Virus record (IMG/VR): IMGVR_UViG_3300010167_000022
Direction: 5' to 3' (one strand)
From: a virus
DNA: 64,000 nucleotides
The translations under genes were made by a program, and so were the position numbers. Positions 10,308-19,692 of this stretch are shown here, one piece after another (position 1 is the stretch's first letter; every line of letters begins with the position of its first letter). The notes under the pieces were generated by a model that searched no databases, was not told the origin of the DNA, and saw only the letters and a list, made by a program, of their open reading frames with translations.

Positions 10308-11888
10308 TCAAAACTTGCTATTCCATAATCTATTGCGAATAGTAGCGAAATCATCTATATTATATTGTTTGCCATCTACAAATTTCTTAACATATAAATT
10401 CCCTTCAAAATTAATAGCTTCTTCATATGTCAATTCATCTGTATATGTAATCTCGCCCAATGAATCATAATGTGCTGCAAAACAGCCTTTTTGTGATGCT
10501 TTAGCGCTATCCGTTTTTGGATTCTTTTGAATAGCAACTTCTATACCATCCATAATACAGCTAGTAGCTTTTATTGCATAACCACGGGTGTCCCGTGTGA
10601 CATATTGATAGCTTACTGAACCAATCCCAAAAAATATATTTTCTACAGATATTTTCATTTCAACACAACGTTTAAGAATTTTTTCTTGCCGTTCTCTTGT
10701 TATAGCATCTGCGTAAATCATTCTTATTTGTGAAGGAAGAACATCATACCCTTTTTTGTTTGTACTTACTCCAAATATTTTCTTTAATACTCGAAGACTG
10801 CCAATTTTTTCATACCATAAATCAGCAAGTGAATCACCACATGTAATCTTAATTGGATCGCCAGAATCGGCACGGATTACTAATGCGCCTTGTCTATTAC
10901 ATATATCATCTATTAACTTTGGTAGTATCCATGTAAGTACGCCCCAATAGTCATATGTGTCGGATACATAAGACAATGCGCCTTCTAGCTGTACATCTGT
11001 AATAAGGTATTTAATAACACACATTTCAGCGACTAGCTTAATATCAACTGGGCTACCATCTTCACGTTTAGAATTTTTATATTTATCCCATGTTATGCCT
11101 TTGTATTCTCCACCAGATAGTAACATATTTTCAAATTCTGCTATAAGTTGACATACAATGCTATGCTCTAAAGATGGAGTAGCCATATTAGTTAAGTCTT
11201 TTTCTATATCTGCGTTATAATATTTTTCTAAGAAATCTGCTGATCCCATTGTTGCTGATTTAGCAAACGATAATAAATGCCCTCCACTTGATGCCATGGC
11301 TGCTGATTCCATTTCAGCCATTCCACGCAAGCTAAAATCACTAATCATATATTTTGTTATATTTGTATCTTCGCATGTTATATCTACATATTTTTGTTGT
11401 AATGTTCTTCTATCATGCCCAGTTGTAGCAGATGTTGGAGGCATCCAGTTATGCGTTGACCATAAATCTTCAAGATACTGAGGTAGCCAACCAAAATCAG
11501 GATGTGTATTTCTAATCCAATGGTCTGGAACATTAACTGGGCAAAGTGTTCCTTCTGGCAACCCCCATATTTCGATTGGAAGATAGCCAAGCTCATAAAG
11601 TTTTCTAAATTTAGAAAAATCAGAATATCGTGGGCTAAAACATATAGAAACATTTCTTACATGTTTTTTCTCTAAATCATCTACATCCTTATAAAAGAAA
11701 TTATTATCAAACCAATCAATCATATATTGTTTGATTCTTGCTTGTTGCCCCCATATAACTGTATTTTTAGCTTCTTGCTGATACTTGTTATATCTTCCTG
11801 TCCAACCAGTAAATACATGGCTTACGCTTTTAGGTTGTAAAAAAGGATGGCAAATTTTATATCCGTCCACAATACCATATAGCCCCAT
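10308..11888 (-). CDS. nicotinamide phosphoribosyltransferase family (NAMPT/NadV, or Namat-like)
   Basis: 526 aa, size and overall sequence character of NAMPT; adjacent to the Prs-like gene. Confidence 0.7.
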   Translation of the reverse strand: MGLYGIVDGYKICHPFLQPKSVSHVFTGWTGRYNKYQQEAKNTVIWGQQARIKQYMIDWFDNNFFYKDVDDLEKKHVRNVSICFSPRYSDFSKFRKLYELGYLPIEIWGLPEGTLCPVNVPDHWIRNTHPDFGWLPQYLEDLWSTHNWMPPTSATTGHDRRTLQQKYVDITCEDTNITKYMISDFSLRGMAEMESAAMASSGGHLLSFAKSATMGSADFLEKYYNADIEKDLTNMATPSLEHSIVCQLIAEFENMLLSGGEYKGITWDKYKNSKREDGSPVDIKLVAEMCVIKYLITDVQLEGALSYVSDTYDYWGVLTWILPKLIDDICNRQGALVIRADSGDPIKITCGDSLADLWYEKIGSLRVLKKIFGVSTNKKGYDVLPSQIRMIYADAITRERQEKILKRCVEMKISVENIFFGIGSVSYQYVTRDTRGYAIKATSCIMDGIEVAIQKNPKTDSAKASQKGCFAAHYDSLGEITYTDELTYEEAINFEGNLYVKKFVDGKQYNIDDFATIRNRLWNSKF

Positions 11889-11901
11889 TTATTAACTCCT
11901 T

Positions 11902-12708
11902 TTAGTTATTTTGTAATATCTCAATTAACGGATGTTCCTCAGTGAATATAGAACGTGTTGTATATATCTTTTCTAATAATCCGCTATTAATAAGTTCACC
12001 ATTTAATATTGAATTCTCACAATGTGTGATGTATAAATATATCTTTCCAACACCCAGATTTTTTAGCTTCTTTGCTGCATATAGAAATGTTCCACCATAA
12101 CTGCAAATATCATCTGTTATTAAAATTGTTTTTCCTGTTAAGTTATGCTTTTTAGCACCTAGAACTTCTGTATCAAGTATATCTCCAGTATCCCAATTCC
12201 TATCCTTATACCCACAAATATTAGGATGCTTAATAAGATTTTCTAGTCGTTTCTTGCATCCAGAATCCGGGTAATAAAGCAAATCAGGAGTAGTCTTGTC
12301 AATAACTATATTCACAAATTTTAAATATCTATTAATATCTATATATACATTATTTATAATAGCTGGTGCTACTGGGGAATGTGGGTCAAGTATATATACA
12401 CGATCAAATCCTAATTCATTAATAACTCTTGCAAAGTATTTTAATGTAAATATATCATCTGGTTTTTCTATTCTATCTAACCTCGCATTTGGTGTATAGT
12501 CAAGATGAAGTGTGATTCGTGCATTTGGATTCTTTTCTTTTATATGCCAAACCAAATTTTGAAGAACGATTTGCTCTGTAAGGGTTTCGAAATCCCATGT
12601 CAACCTATATTGAATATTATTTATATCTTCATCTACCTTAAATCGCATTAGTAATGTCCCATCGGGGAAGAACCCGTATATATATTCTTCCCCATTCACT
12701 TTTATCAT
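11902..12708 (-). CDS. ribose-phosphate pyrophosphokinase homologue (Prs or ADPR-PP synthetase Adps-like)
   Basis: RITLHLDYTPNARLDR (Prs flexible-loop motif), VYILDPHS, PRPP-binding loop KTILITDDICSYGGT. Confidence 0.7.
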   Translation of the reverse strand: MIKVNGEEYIYGFFPDGTLLMRFKVDEDINNIQYRLTWDFETLTEQIVLQNLVWHIKEKNPNARITLHLDYTPNARLDRIEKPDDIFTLKYFARVINELGFDRVYILDPHSPVAPAIINNVYIDINRYLKFVNIVIDKTTPDLLYYPDSGCKKRLENLIKHPNICGYKDRNWDTGDILDTEVLGAKKHNLTGKTILITDDICSYGGTFLYAAKKLKNLGVGKIYLYITHCENSILNGELINSGLLEKIYTTRSIFTEEHPLIEILQNN

Positions 12709-12742
12709 TTACTTATCACATCCTATCACTTAATATTGCAAT

Positions 12743-13279
12743 CTATTGCTCGTCGTTAATAATATTTACTTGGCAACAACGCAATACTGTTAATGCCGCA
12801 AGATGGCTTTCTTCACTTACACATGCACAGCATGACGCATCTACGGTGATTTTTGTTTCTGGATACATTGCTTTAAGAATAAGTGCATTGGATACTACGC
12901 ATATGCCAGTGCATAAACCACATATTTCAATTTCATCTGCTGACATAAGCAGACTGTCAGTACAATCATTATCATTCCATCCCAAGTATCCAAATGTTGA
13001 TTTGTCGATTTTAATATCCATTTTATCTTCTAATCCGTCATATATATCCCATCCACCTGTACCTATCAAACAATGTGGGACAGGAAGATATTGCCCCTCT
13101 TGTGTATTCATATAATCGTCATTGTGCGTATCTCGTGTAAAAATAATGCTATTTTTATTTGAGCGATAATTATTAATTTTTTCTATTACATTAGGAGTAA
13201 TCTTCTGTGCCTGATCGCTCCCTAATGCCCCTGTTACAAAATCCTCTTGAACATCTACTACTATAAGAACCTTACTCAT
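12743..13279 (-). CDS. nicotinamidase / isochorismatase-family hydrolase (PncA-like)
   Basis: MSKVLIVVDVQEDF start; catalytic-Cys region ICGLCTGICV; 178 aa. Confidence 0.65.
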   Translation of the reverse strand: MSKVLIVVDVQEDFVTGALGSDQAQKITPNVIEKINNYRSNKNSIIFTRDTHNDDYMNTQEGQYLPVPHCLIGTGGWDIYDGLEDKMDIKIDKSTFGYLGWNDNDCTDSLLMSADEIEICGLCTGICVVSNALILKAMYPETKITVDASCCACVSEESHLAALTVLRCCQVNIINDEQ

Positions 13280-13323
13280 AAAATATTCTGCTCCTTTTTA
13301 TATATATTAATATGATATATTTT

Positions 13324-13647
13324 TTATTTTTCTAATTTTTGTTTGCCCGTTATACTATATCTATTGTATAATGACAAGTAGCTAATCCTTATATAATTAA
13401 AAAAACATTTTAGCATAACAATTCCAAATGCTAAATATGCAGATAAAAAGAATGATAAATATAAAGGCCATACTAAAACAACATAAAATGTATCTTGTTT
13501 AAAAACGGCATCATCTTCATAACTAATATCATTATTTTCTTCTTTAGAGTATATTATATCTAAATTGCCAAAATCTGACCATTTTATAGTCTCCCCAAAT
13601 AATAATGTCATATATCCGATTAATAAATATAAAACTATAAATGCCAT
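13324..13647 (-). CDS. small membrane protein
   Basis: ORF 107 aa with hydrophobic helices. Confidence 0.5.
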   Translation of the reverse strand: MAFIVLYLLIGYMTLLFGETIKWSDFGNLDIIYSKEENNDISYEDDAVFKQDTFYVVLVWPLYLSFFLSAYLAFGIVMLKCFFNYIRISYLSLYNRYSITGKQKLEK

Positions 13648-13701
13648 TTTATTCCATGTCTCCTTTCTAATATTTTTTGCTTTAGGATGTGCAATAAAAA
13701 C

Positions 13702-13730
13702 ATTATACTGTATCTATTGTATATTGTCAA
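13702..13730 (-). promoter_or_regulatory. perfect consensus sigma70 promoter TTGACA-N17-TATAAT
   Basis: revcomp reads acTTGACAatatacaatagatacagTATAATg; drives 13324..13647. Confidence 0.6.
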
Positions 13731-14020
13731 GTATATTATTTCTATGTGTTTGTATGCTCAATTCAGGACATATAATTTTATGTCATCAAGTGAATACACA
13801 ACCATTTATTATGCCGGGCAGCTTGTTTAATTATTAGGAAACTCCTATAGATATAAACAATTAACGGACTTGTTCTTCTAATATTTATCTAATAAATGTA
13901 TTGAAAATATATTTTTGTCGGTTACAGTTTAAAAGACTACAAAGCGCTTAAAACCCCTGAAATACAGCGTCTTATAAGAGATTAACAAGGATTGATTAAT
14001 CTTAAATAAGATATGTATTA

Positions 14021-14067
14021 CAGGACTTTGACTCCTGCACTCGAAGGTTCAAATCCTTCCAGCTCAG
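14021..14067 (+). other. 3' fragment of tRNA-Gln(UUG): anticodon arm, variable loop, T-arm and 3' acceptor strand; putative attP core
   Basis: CAGGA-cTTTGac-TCCTG anticodon arm; GAAGG-TTCAAAT-CCTTC T-arm; CAGCTCA acceptor 3' strand; no matching 5' half upstream; lies next to int. Confidence 0.55.
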
Positions 14068-14073
14068 TTCATG

Positions 14074-14110
14074 AAAAACCCCGTAGATATCATGTTTGCG
14101 GGGTTTTTTA
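14074..14110. terminator. bidirectional rho-independent terminator
   Basis: aaaaaCCCCG-N15-CGGGGtttttt; A-run before and T-run after the GC hairpin. Confidence 0.6.
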
Positions 14111-14186
14111 TTCCCCGTAATTACACATAAAAAACCGCTTTCTAATACTTTTCTAATAAACTGCAAATACCATTCTATTCCATTTA

Positions 14187-15329
14187 CTAGCCTTGCAAAA
14201 CGTTGGTTATACCATTTAACATCATTTTTTTAGCGGATGCCTCTAATTTGGCGTAAAGGTTCATAGTCGTTCCTATATCTCCATGTCCTAACCATGCTTG
14301 AATATCCTTTAAATTATAACCAAGCGCTAAAAGTAAAGAGGCTGAAGAGTGCCGCAAATCATGTAGCCGGATATGTCTCATATTATTTTTTTTCAACAGT
14401 TTCCTAAAAGCTACAGATATATAGTTTGGGTTAATTAATTCCCCAACATCATTTACACATATATACCCATCATAATCATAGCAATATGACATCCCAAAAA
14501 TTTCCTTATTGATTTCCTGCTTGGATTTTAGCTCTGTTAAAAACGCCATAAATGTATCATCTAGTGGCATTGTCCGATAGCTAGATTTTGTTTTTAAGGT
14601 GTCGGAAAATTCTAATCTATATTTGCCATCATCATTGATAGGGACTACCTTATGACCTATGAAAAATGTTCTGTTGACCCAATCTACTGCACTCCACTTT
14701 AATCCAACAATTTCAGAACGTCGCAGACCAAAATATATGGCGAACATCAAAGGAGTTTCGATTGGTGAACATTTAATAACCCCCAAGAGAGTTGCAATTT
14801 CATCCTTGTTATAGAAATCGCCTATAAATTTCTGCTTTTTTGGCCTTTCTACAAAATCAGCAGGATTCTCTTTTATTGCACGTGTTTTTTTCGCATATTG
14901 TAGGGCAGTCCTTATAAGCGTAAGGTGTTTTATAACAGTGTTAGGACTTACAAACTTTAACTTATAAGTACAATAGGCTTGGATATGTTTGGTTGTTAAA
15001 TCTAGTAAACATATTCCTTTTTGATTAAAATACGGATGTATTTGTTTTAATAATCGCTTATACCCCGCATAAGTTATAGCTTCTACATTTGCCCGGTGCA
15101 TTTCAAGCCAGTCTGTAAGAAAATCACAGAATAGAATCCTAGTATCTTGCACATTCTGAACATCGCTATATTCTTCAATTTTTTGTTTTAGGAATTGATC
15201 TGCTTTTTTCTTATTCCCTATAATGGTATAACCTGTGCTAATCCATTTCTGGGTTTGTTTCCCACCGCTGTTAAAACATATAACAGCATAATACTTATTG
15301 TTCTTTTTTTGCAAGCTTCCAGTCGTCAC
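14187..15329 (-). CDS. int: tyrosine integrase (GTG start)
   Basis: C-terminal HDLRHSSASLLLALGYNLKDIQAWLGHGDIGTTMNLYAK (HxxR...Y); AAGGAGGG RBS. Confidence 0.85.
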   Translation of the reverse strand: MTTGSLQKKNNKYYAVICFNSGGKQTQKWISTGYTIIGNKKKADQFLKQKIEEYSDVQNVQDTRILFCDFLTDWLEMHRANVEAITYAGYKRLLKQIHPYFNQKGICLLDLTTKHIQAYCTYKLKFVSPNTVIKHLTLIRTALQYAKKTRAIKENPADFVERPKKQKFIGDFYNKDEIATLLGVIKCSPIETPLMFAIYFGLRRSEIVGLKWSAVDWVNRTFFIGHKVVPINDDGKYRLEFSDTLKTKSSYRTMPLDDTFMAFLTELKSKQEINKEIFGMSYCYDYDGYICVNDVGELINPNYISVAFRKLLKKNNMRHIRLHDLRHSSASLLLALGYNLKDIQAWLGHGDIGTTMNLYAKLEASAKKMMLNGITNVLQG

Positions 15330-15411
15330 TCTAAACCCTCCTTATTTTGACGAAGAAAGCCCGTTAATTGTAGTAATAATTATATCATTAACAGGCCAAT
15401 TGTAAATAAAA

Positions 15412-15615
15412 TCACAGATTTTCCAACAAATAGGCGAGTACACAAATCTTAGGTATAATATATGTCTTGCCTATTCGCTTGTGCTTTATTTGCCCGGTTT
15501 TAAGTAATTCATATGCTTTATTACGTCCGATTAATAGCATTTGTTGAAGCTGTAACACATTAAGACAATCAGGGTAGTTATTAAACATTTCATTATTTTT
15601 TAATTGAGCATTCAT
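15412..15615 (-). CDS. xis: excisionase / HTH DNA-binding protein (Xis-like); start placed at the internal ATG after a GAAGGAG RBS
   Basis: LQLQQMLLIGRNKAYELLKTGQIKHKRIGKTYIIPK helix-turn-helix; the track's N-terminal extension reads through the upstream hairpin. Confidence 0.55.
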   Translation of the reverse strand: MNAQLKNNEMFNNYPDCLNVLQLQQMLLIGRNKAYELLKTGQIKHKRIGKTYIIPKICVLAYLLENL

Positions 15616-15629
15616 AATTTCGCTCCTTC

Positions 15630-15666
15630 GTGAACTACCCATCCCCTTAAGGGGATGGGATTTCTC
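15630..15666 (-). promoter_or_regulatory. GC-rich hairpin leader element (9-bp stem CCCATCCCC / GGGGATGGG) with TAGTTCAC flank
   Basis: gtgaactacccatccccttaaggggatgggatttctc, immediately 5' of the xis RBS on the mRNA. Confidence 0.35.
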
Positions 15667-15705
15667 TACGTTGGTTTTAAAAAGCATCTATTCTTTATAT
15701 CAATC

Positions 15706-16074
15706 TTAATTAACATCAATATCTACATTAATTTCTTTCCACTTTTTATTTAAGTATTTATTTATATTATTTAGAATTGATTTGTTTTTATCATTTCTTA
15801 TTGACATATTTTTATCATTTATAAACTTATTTTTTAATTCATTGTAAACAATTTTTTCCATATCAAGCTCCTGTATTTTGCTCAAAGCATCTTCAAGGCT
15901 ATCATACCATATACAAATAGAATGCGTTCTATCATCATTAGAAAATATTGTATAAGATTGATTGATTGTTCTCCATTTGAATTCTATAAAAAGCATGTAT
16001 TCGCCATTATATTTAATTGACTGTATTAATTCAGATTTGTATTTAATATAATATTCCATACTACACACCTCCAA
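15706..16074 (-). CDS. hypothetical protein
   Basis: ORF 122 aa. Confidence 0.5.
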   Translation of the reverse strand: MEVCSMEYYIKYKSELIQSIKYNGEYMLFIEFKWRTINQSYTIFSNDDRTHSICIWYDSLEDALSKIQELDMEKIVYNELKNKFINDKNMSIRNDKNKSILNNINKYLNKKWKEINVDIDVN

Positions 16075-16164
16075 TCTAATATGTAGTTTTTTGATTGCAA
16101 CGTATTTTTTAATTGTATTACATAAACACTAAATAGCTAGTTTCCACTTCTAGCAGCATTGTCA

Positions 16165-16836
16165 TCATACATCATAGGCGGAAGCACAATAACTTGTTCC
16201 GTTAATACAACAATCAACACTTAAAGAATAAGGAGTAAAATTGTTATTCTTTAAATCCTCACCAAATGCTGTAACATGTTGTAAAATTAGTTTATTAAAC
16301 ACTACAATTTCCTCATCCGAAAAGACTTTTTCAGTGCGTTTTTTAATAATGACTTGCTTATAGTTTTCTGTTAGCGGAGGTAATTCTTCTACCCATGCTA
16401 ATACGTTAATTACATCTGTTAATATTGCTTTATGTATTTGCATCTGAGGAACACTATTGTACACATTATCTATGTAATAACCTTGGCAAAAATCTTTACC
16501 TATTCGTGTATGCTTCTCTTCCCAAAAATCATCTTTCCCTGCGCTCCACCCATCTGGAAGACTGTCAAATTTAATATATCTATCGAAACTTATATATGCA
16601 CTAGGACAGCTATCATACGAATGCCCTGAACAACAATTTGTTGTATTGTACCCTTTTTTGTTTAACTCAATTATAATAGGTGCATACATTTCATCAACTG
16701 CCACAACAACCCCAATACAGCTTGTTTTAGGACACCAATATCGGCCATCATCTTTTCCGTTCTTTCCATATGGATTCAATTTATCAATTAATGACCCGCT
16801 ATATATTTCATAGCATTGTGTACAAACTAAAACCAT
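16165..16836 (-). CDS. hypothetical Cys-rich protein
   Basis: ORF 223 aa. Confidence 0.5.
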   Translation of the reverse strand: MVLVCTQCYEIYSGSLIDKLNPYGKNGKDDGRYWCPKTSCIGVVVAVDEMYAPIIIELNKKGYNTTNCCSGHSYDSCPSAYISFDRYIKFDSLPDGWSAGKDDFWEEKHTRIGKDFCQGYYIDNVYNSVPQMQIHKAILTDVINVLAWVEELPPLTENYKQVIIKKRTEKVFSDEEIVVFNKLILQHVTAFGEDLKNNNFTPYSLSVDCCINGTSYCASAYDV

Positions 16837-16842
16837 ATTCGT

Positions 16843-17154
16843 TCACTCCTTCTGTACTATATTAATAAATTTATAGTTATCACTATAATTGTTATATTGC
16901 ATAACAAGTATATAATCTCCAATTTCTACAATACGTGGACTTACAACTGCTTGGTATATTACATTAACAACTATTCTATTTCCATCTATATCAGCTATAA
17001 ATGCTATTGGCTTATACTTGTTATCAATATCAATTCTTGTAACTATAGCAATTTGCATTGCGTTTTCATCATAATCATCGGATTTATCACACCAATTTGT
17101 AGATAGTACAATAATAAATGCTATTACTAAAACAATCTTAAAAAACTCCATCAT
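16843..17154 (-). CDS. small secreted protein (signal peptide)
   Basis: ORF 103 aa; MMEFFKIVLVIAFIIVLSTNWC. Confidence 0.45.
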   Translation of the reverse strand: MMEFFKIVLVIAFIIVLSTNWCDKSDDYDENAMQIAIVTRIDIDNKYKPIAFIADIDGNRIVVNVIYQAVVSPRIVEIGDYILVMQYNNYSDNYKFINIVQKE

Positions 17155-18538
17155 TATTCTCCATCACAAGATTATATTTGTATACAACAAATGCAATTAA
17201 ACTCTCTTTGTTATTTTTGTCTGGATTATCAATTACATATTCTAAGCAATTATTTAATATCTCTCCCAGTATCTTTCCTTGTACAAATCCAATGTTGATA
17301 AGGTCATATCCATTAATAGCTAAATCTCGTATTGTGAAAGCTTCGTTGTTAAATAATATGTCATGCCATATTGTTTTAATCTCAGAAACCTTACAAACCC
17401 ATTTATCATATTCGCCAGATCCCCACCTATGTGCCTTTTTATCAATTAGCTGGAATGCGAACAATTTTATGCATAAATCATGTCCTAACTTATTCAACAA
17501 CTTCTTTGCCACATTGCGTGTTGGCTGCAGCACAAAATCATGTGCTTCAACAAGTTTTAAAACTATTTCAATTGTTTTGTTGTCAAATCGCATCCGATGC
17601 ATAATCTCTTGTGCCATTTTAACAGAATATATTTCATGTCCATAGTAGTGATTAGTTAACCGCTTATCATCAAACACACGCGCTTTAAGTTTCCCTATAT
17701 CATGTAGGAGTATTGTCATTATCAACTCAATATCGTCTGTATAGCCAAAAAATATCATATCCATAGTATGAGTAAATACATCCGTATAATGCCATATGTT
17801 ATTATGTGTTATTTGAGCAAGCCCTATAAACTCCGGTATAATACGTTTAATTATATACTCAATCATACCGCGAAGTTTAGGATAATGATAAGTATCTTTG
17901 TCTAACTTATTTATAGCACATAATATTTTTACTATCTCTGCATTTTTACGTTCCATTGAGATATTTTTAAGATTATCACCACACTCAAAAATCGCATTAA
18001 TGACTTCTTTTGAAATATCAAAATCTAAAGTAGTAGCAAATCTAATTGCTCTCATTATACGTAATGCATTTTCATTAAACCTGTTCTCTGCGTTCCCAAC
18101 AGTCTTTATTATTTTATTTTTTAAATCAGATTGTCCGCCAAATAAATCAATAATCCCATATTCATCATTATATGCCATAGCATTAATAGAAAAATCCCGG
18201 CGGCATAAATCATCTTTAATAGTATTTGAAAAATTTACTGCATTTGGTCTCCTTCCATCTCCATATGACCCATCAGCACGATAAGTGGTTATTTCATATG
18301 ATACTTTATTTAATAACACAGTCATTGTTCCATACTTCTCACCAGTTGGTATTAAGTAATATGAACTAAAAATTTCTTTTATTTCATTAGGCATTGCGTT
18401 TGTGGCTATATCCCAGTCTTTAGGCACTACTCCCAATAACGAATCTCTAACACATCCGCCTACAATATACGCTTCAAATCCATTATTATTAAGTTCGCAC
18501 ATTATATTTCGAACATCTATTGGAAGATTGATTTCCAA
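17138..18538 (-). CDS. cca: tRNA nucleotidyltransferase (CCA-adding enzyme) with C-terminal HD domain
   Basis: GGCVRDSLLG head motif near the N-terminus; LLHDIGK HD motif; 466 aa. Confidence 0.8.
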   Translation of the reverse strand: MEINLPIDVRNIMCELNNNGFEAYIVGGCVRDSLLGVVPKDWDIATNAMPNEIKEIFSSYYLIPTGEKYGTMTVLLNKVSYEITTYRADGSYGDGRRPNAVNFSNTIKDDLCRRDFSINAMAYNDEYGIIDLFGGQSDLKNKIIKTVGNAENRFNENALRIMRAIRFATTLDFDISKEVINAIFECGDNLKNISMERKNAEIVKILCAINKLDKDTYHYPKLRGMIEYIIKRIIPEFIGLAQITHNNIWHYTDVFTHTMDMIFFGYTDDIELIMTILLHDIGKLKARVFDDKRLTNHYYGHEIYSVKMAQEIMHRMRFDNKTIEIVLKLVEAHDFVLQPTRNVAKKLLNKLGHDLCIKLFAFQLIDKKAHRWGSGEYDKWVCKVSEIKTIWHDILFNNEAFTIRDLAINGYDLINIGFVQGKILGEILNNCLEYVIDNPDKNNKESLIAFVVYKYNLVMENNDGVF

Positions 18539-18605
18539 TTATATCACAGCCTTTATTATCTTTTATACTTTCTTATAACAATTGAGCCAATTTAATCACC
18601 TATAT

Positions 18606-19106
18606 TTATAACAATTTTATTTCATGTTTATCAAAAACTTTATATGCATTTATTACAAAAACAGTTTCTTTAAATTTTTCACAAAAGGCTTTCGCATCGT
18701 ATTCTGTATCAAAAAATTTAAAACATTCATATGTAATTGCACTGTAATAATTTAAAAGCACTTTTGATTTTTCATTTATAATAGTAAATATATCTATATC
18801 ATAATCCTCATCAATATATGTAGATACTTTCCCATTTTCAGGGTAGCATTTATCAAACCATGTTAAACATGGGTTATGATTGTCGTCATAAAAGTCTGAT
18901 TTAGCAACAGTCTTATTAAATTCTAAAAACTCATTCATGCTAAAATCTAATCTATAGCTGCCAGCACCAACATATGATATAGAAGTAAGATATGCTTTCA
19001 TCTTTTCATTTTGATAATTTTCTCCATCATCTATTTTATCTGTAAACTGAACTGCAATTGGTTCTCCATTATCTTTTATCATTTTTATTAATTCTTTTAT
19101 ATGCAT
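18606..19106 (-). CDS. hypothetical protein
   Basis: ORF 166 aa. Confidence 0.5.
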   Translation of the reverse strand: MHIKELIKMIKDNGEPIAVQFTDKIDDGENYQNEKMKAYLTSISYVGAGSYRLDFSMNEFLEFNKTVAKSDFYDDNHNPCLTWFDKCYPENGKVSTYIDEDYDIDIFTIINEKSKVLLNYYSAITYECFKFFDTEYDAKAFCEKFKETVFVINAYKVFDKHEIKLL

Positions 19107-19132
19107 TTAAACACTCCAATAATATTAAATAT

Positions 19133-19543
19133 TTATAAAATATTCATATATTCCAAAAATTTTCTCGGATAATTTATTGATGGAGAAAGCATCTTAAAAA
19201 GCAACGCTAATAATTCTTCTTTATAATATTCATGTGCCGTTGTATAATACATTTTATCTGTACATAACGCATAAGAACCATATATACTTGGGTGTTTTTT
19301 GAATAATGATTTTTCGTTTTCAAATAATGAAATGAGCGAATCACTGTTAAAATTCCTAATAATCGGGCCACAATCAGCATATGATAGCAAATATGTATAT
19401 TCAATAATATCCGCTGGCGTGATATAAATATTTTCTAATCTATACTGTGTTGAATTACATTCACTATTATATTTTATTACTGTATCTGTAATAGCACTAA
19501 ATAAACCTATTATAGCTATTTCCTTGTTAACTAATATGCACAT
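19133..19543 (-). CDS. hypothetical protein
   Basis: ORF 136 aa. Confidence 0.5.
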   Translation of the reverse strand: MCILVNKEIAIIGLFSAITDTVIKYNSECNSTQYRLENIYITPADIIEYTYLLSYADCGPIIRNFNSDSLISLFENEKSLFKKHPSIYGSYALCTDKMYYTTAHEYYKEELLALLFKMLSPSINYPRKFLEYMNIL

Positions 19544-19692
19544 TTTTCAACTCCTTGATTACATCCTATATTTGCTTTTTCTTTACTAGCTATATAGTCT
19601 TATTTATTTCTCTAAAATATATTCGACGCAATTTTCATTGTATTTAGATACAATACATGTTGCAAATTTTACAATCCACCCATCCATTGATG

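Noticed and set aside
14021-14067. A complete tRNA-Gln gene
   Set aside because: Only the anticodon arm through the 3' acceptor strand is present. No complementary 5' acceptor strand (TGAGCTG) or D-arm occurs upstream, so it is called an attP-type fragment instead.
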